Source of the DNA: an uncultured Clostridia bacterium
GTDB taxonomy: Bacteria > Bacillota > Clostridia > Peptostreptococcales > Acidaminobacteraceae
Direction of reading: 5' to 3'
Length of the DNA stretch: 42,330 nt
Assembly: GCA_945950065.1 (NCBI GenBank)
Contig: CAMFGQ010000001.1
Location: 1-42,330, forward strand
Shown here: positions 40,172-42,330 of the stretch, piece by piece
Position numbering within the stretch: position 1 is the stretch's first letter
Layout of the letters: each line of letters begins with the position of its first letter
Notes under the pieces: generated by a model
The model's database searches: none
Seen by the model: only the letters and a program-made list of their open reading frames with translations
Told to the model about the DNA's origin: nothing
Position numbers and translations under genes: made by a program

Positions 40172-40197
40172 AATTTACACCAATTATTGGACTTGAC
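40172..40197. repeat. IS right inverted repeat
   Basis: AATTTACACCAATTATTGGACTTGAC. Its reverse complement is GTCAAGTCCAATAATTGGTGTAAATT. Confidence 0.8.
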
Positions 40198-40206
40198 TTA
40201 CCTCCT
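40198..40206. repeat. Right copy of the 9-bp target-site duplication TTACCTCCT
   Basis: See 38779-38787. Confidence 0.85.
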
Positions 40207-40237
40207 CTCTAAACTTCATAGTTTATTACATATTGCT

Positions 40238-40266
40238 AGTATACTATATCGCTATAGGGGGAGCAA
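40238..40266 (-). promoter_or_regulatory. Candidate sigma-A promoter, probably the native nhaC promoter now displaced by the IS
   Basis: The minus strand reads TTGCTC (40266-40261), 17-nt spacer, TATACT (40243-40238). It lies downstream of the M42 peptidase terminator and points toward nhaC. Confidence 0.5.
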
Positions 40267-40311
40267 TTGGATTTTGCTCTTGAGAGGGATAAACATAGGA
40301 AGCTTGTAGTT

Positions 40312-40345
40312 AAAAAAAGAGTAGAGACAAATTGTCTCCACTCTG
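40312..40345 (-). terminator. Rho-independent terminator of the M42 peptidase gene
   Basis: Minus-strand RNA: AGAGUGGAGAC / GUCUCUACUCU, an 11-bp stem with one G-U pair, followed by a U7 run (plus-strand A7 at 40312-40318). Confidence 0.8.
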
Positions 40346-40395
40346 ATAGCAGGTCCAAGGTTAAGAATTCCCTCAGACCCTTCCTTATAGTCCTT

Positions 40396-41412
40396 CTATT
40401 GTATAAATGCGTGTAAGAGATCCATGGTAGCCTTTAGAGCATCTTCATGTGTTCGCTCATAGTGATGGGTACTTTCAACACCAGGACCTAAACAGGCAAC
40501 GCGAAGATCTCTTCCTTGACTTAGTGCGGCTGTTGCATCGGAGCCATAAAATTCAATGACATCGATGACGTAGGGGATCTCTTTTTCTTTTGCAAGAGAA
40601 GTAAGCTGTGTGACCAAGTTATAGTCATAGGGAGATTTTCCATCTTTAGCAAAGATGGTGACTGTTTTCTCGGTTGAACTTTGTCCTTCTCCAACACAGC
40701 CGATGTCCACACTGATAAGTTCATCAACCTTCTCGGGGATACCATAGAGGCCATGTCCAAGTTCTTCATAGATACTAAAGTAAAGATGTAGTGTTTTTCT
40801 GGGTGTAATTCCTTCCTCTTTGATTCTTCTAGCTAAATGGAGAAGAATGATGCAGCAAGACTTATCATCCAGATAGCGGCTCTTGATGTAGCCACTGTCG
40901 GTAAGCTGGGTTCTTGGTGAGAAAGACACAATATCTCCAATGGAAATGCCAAGCTTTTCTAAATCTTCCTTTGAACTTACGTCTTCATCGATGCGAATTT
41001 CTACAGAATCAGTCGTTCGTTCTAGCTTGCGCACATCATCACCATGAATGTGTACGCTGCTTTTGATGGGCATTAGAGTTCCTGTATAGCGTTTCTTATC
41101 ACGGGTGTGTATCTGGAGATTTTCTCCCTCTACTCCTGACCAGGGCATGCCACCCAGTGGTATGGCTTTGATTCTTCCGTTACTCTTTAGTTCACGCACC
41201 ATGGCCCCTAGTGTATCTACATGGGCACCTAAGAGGAGTCCTTCCTCTACTTTTCCAGGAATGGTGGCATAGAATGAACCCTTCTTTAAATCAGTGATGG
41301 GATAATCTAATTCCTCAAAGGCTTTCTTCAAATAGTCTACTGCTTCATCTGTATAGCCGATGGGGCTGGGGATGGAAAGCAGTTCTTGTAATTCTTCGAT
41401 CATTTTTTTCAT
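40396..41412 (-). CDS. M42-family metallo-aminopeptidase (FrvX/CelM/YsdC-like)
   Basis: 338 aa with an AGGAGG SD 5 nt upstream. MIEELQELLSIPSPIGYTDEA N-terminus, HVDTLGAMV, and D/E/H metal-ligand blocks (YLDDKSC, YEELGHG, and ESTHHYE for the H ligand). Confidence 0.85.
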   Translation of the reverse strand: MKKMIEELQELLSIPSPIGYTDEAVDYLKKAFEELDYPITDLKKGSFYATIPGKVEEGLLLGAHVDTLGAMVRELKSNGRIKAIPLGGMPWSGVEGENLQIHTRDKKRYTGTLMPIKSSVHIHGDDVRKLERTTDSVEIRIDEDVSSKEDLEKLGISIGDIVSFSPRTQLTDSGYIKSRYLDDKSCCIILLHLARRIKEEGITPRKTLHLYFSIYEELGHGLYGIPEKVDELISVDIGCVGEGQSSTEKTVTIFAKDGKSPYDYNLVTQLTSLAKEKEIPYVIDVIEFYGSDATAALSQGRDLRVACLGPGVESTHHYERTHEDALKATMDLLHAFIQ

Positions 41413-41460
41413 TTTAACCTCCTACACAAGATAGTTTAGCATAGTTATCTGACTGATTCA

Positions 41461-41469
41461 TGTTATAAT
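41461..41469 (+). promoter_or_regulatory. Candidate extended -10 promoter element for the HAD hydrolase gene
   Basis: TGTTATAAT, 25 nt upstream of the ATG. I found no clear -35. Confidence 0.35.
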
Positions 41470-41493
41470 AATGATCCTAGAAGGAGGTCAACT

Positions 41494-42216
41494 ATGAAAG
41501 CAGCATTTTTTGACATCGATGGTACGCTCTTTCGCAACTCATTACTTGTAGAACATTTTAAGAAACTCATCAAATATGAGGTGATTGATATTTCTGTATG
41601 GATTGAAGAAGTACGGAATCCTTTCAATAAATGGTCACAGAGGAAAGGGGACTATGAGGAATATCTTGTAGAGGTATCCCAAGCTTTCAAGAATTCGTTG
41701 GAAGGAATTGATCAAAGCGTGATTGATTTTATATCGGATCAAGTCATTGAGATTAACTGGGAAAAGACCTATGTCTACACCAGGGAAAGATTACGATGGC
41801 ATCAAGATCAGGGCCATGGTGTCTTCTTTATTTCTGGTAGCCCGGATTTTCTTGTTTCACGTATGTCGGAGAAATATGGTGCAAAGGACTATAAGGCCAG
41901 CACCTATGTGATGAAGGATGGAAAGTTTACAGGTGAAGTGATTCCCATGTGGGATTATGATAGTAAACTACTCTCTCTGAAGGATTTAGTTCGTACCTAT
42001 GATATTGACCTTTCTGAGTCCTATTCCTATGGAGACACCTCAGGAGATCTAACCTTGCTCTCCATGACGGGACATCCTATTGCGATGAACCCCAATAAAC
42101 GACTTTACCAGCACATTATGGCTGATGAGGCATTGAAACAAAAGGTGGACATCGTGATTGAGAGAAAGGATATGGTCTATCATTTAACCCCCGATCAGGT
42201 GCGAGAGATCGACTAG
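41494..42216 (+). CDS. HAD-IB family hydrolase (SerB-like phosphatase superfamily)
   Basis: 240 aa with a GAAGGAGG SD. Motif I FFDIDGTLF, motif II ISGSP, motif IV YGDTSGD. Confidence 0.85.
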   Translation: MKAAFFDIDGTLFRNSLLVEHFKKLIKYEVIDISVWIEEVRNPFNKWSQRKGDYEEYLVEVSQAFKNSLEGIDQSVIDFISDQVIEINWEKTYVYTRERLRWHQDQGHGVFFISGSPDFLVSRMSEKYGAKDYKASTYVMKDGKFTGEVIPMWDYDSKLLSLKDLVRTYDIDLSESYSYGDTSGDLTLLSMTGHPIAMNPNKRLYQHIMADEALKQKVDIVIERKDMVYHLTPDQVREID

Positions 42217-42258
42217 ATTTATGACAATTTTTTTGTCAAAAAAACCTTCAAAAACTCC

Positions 42259-42287
42259 TTGACCCACCCCTTCATATGGGGTATGAT
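42259..42287 (+). promoter_or_regulatory. Candidate sigma-A promoter reading out of the window
   Basis: TTGACC (42259-42264), 17-nt spacer, TATGAT (42282-42287). The downstream target is truncated by the window edge. Confidence 0.5.
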
Positions 42288-42330
42288 AATAGGGCACCTC
42301 AAGAGAAGATGCGTGGGTTTTTGCGGGAGC

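Larger units (their letters stand above)
38788..40197 (+). mobile_element. Intact IS256-family insertion sequence (1410 bp)
   Basis: Imperfect terminal inverted repeats, one transposase ORF, a perfect 9-bp flanking direct repeat, and higher GC than the flanks in sampled stretches. Confidence 0.9.

Noticed and set aside
42222-42238. TGACAA-TTTTT-TTGTCA hairpin after the HAD hydrolase gene, considered as a terminator
   Set aside because: The stem is only 6 bp and AT-rich. The T-run lies in the loop and an A-run follows the stem, so it does not match the intrinsic-terminator pattern on either strand.
42291-42330. Possible S-box or T-box start (CTCAAGAGAAG resembles the TCAAGAGAGG of SAM-I leaders)
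   Set aside because: The following bases do not continue the SAM-I consensus (there is no GGTGGAGGGA). Only 40 nt are available, so I report it only as an unclassified leader.

Overview
This window is mostly conserved core genome from a low-GC Firmicute with Clostridia/Bacilli-type gene order. It holds about 57 protein genes, and I saw no tRNA, rRNA or CRISPR array. In order: the 3' end of an LPXTG surface-protein gene with an in-frame 15-bp tandem repeat; a DUF1846/UPF0371 gene; rpoB-rpoC; rpsL-rpsG-fusA-tuf; a 2.3-kb non-ribosomal insert (pepT plus an orphan BlaI/MecI/CopY-family repressor); the full S10-spc-alpha ribosomal cluster (rpsJ to rplQ, including secY, adk, map, a small KOW protein, infA and rpmJ); ecfA-ecfA'-ecfT; truA; and rplM-rpsI. 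An accessory tail follows: an AtoE-type short-chain fatty-acid transporter, a convergent NhaC antiporter, an intact IS256-family element, an M42 peptidase and a HAD-IB hydrolase. I do not see evidence for a novel multi-gene system such as a defence, toxin or secretion locus. The clearest finding is the IS256-family element: it has a perfect 9-bp target duplication and sits between nhaC and its likely promoter. Other points worth checking are the orphan BlaI-family repressor with phased TACA/TGTA repeats just downstream of two adjacent promoters, an operator/attenuator-like leader before atoE, structured leaders before rpsL and rpsJ, and an unusual TTGAC-N18-TATCCT promoter geometry shared by rpoB and rpsJ. 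Protein family calls come from recognising motifs in the supplied translations. No database search was run.
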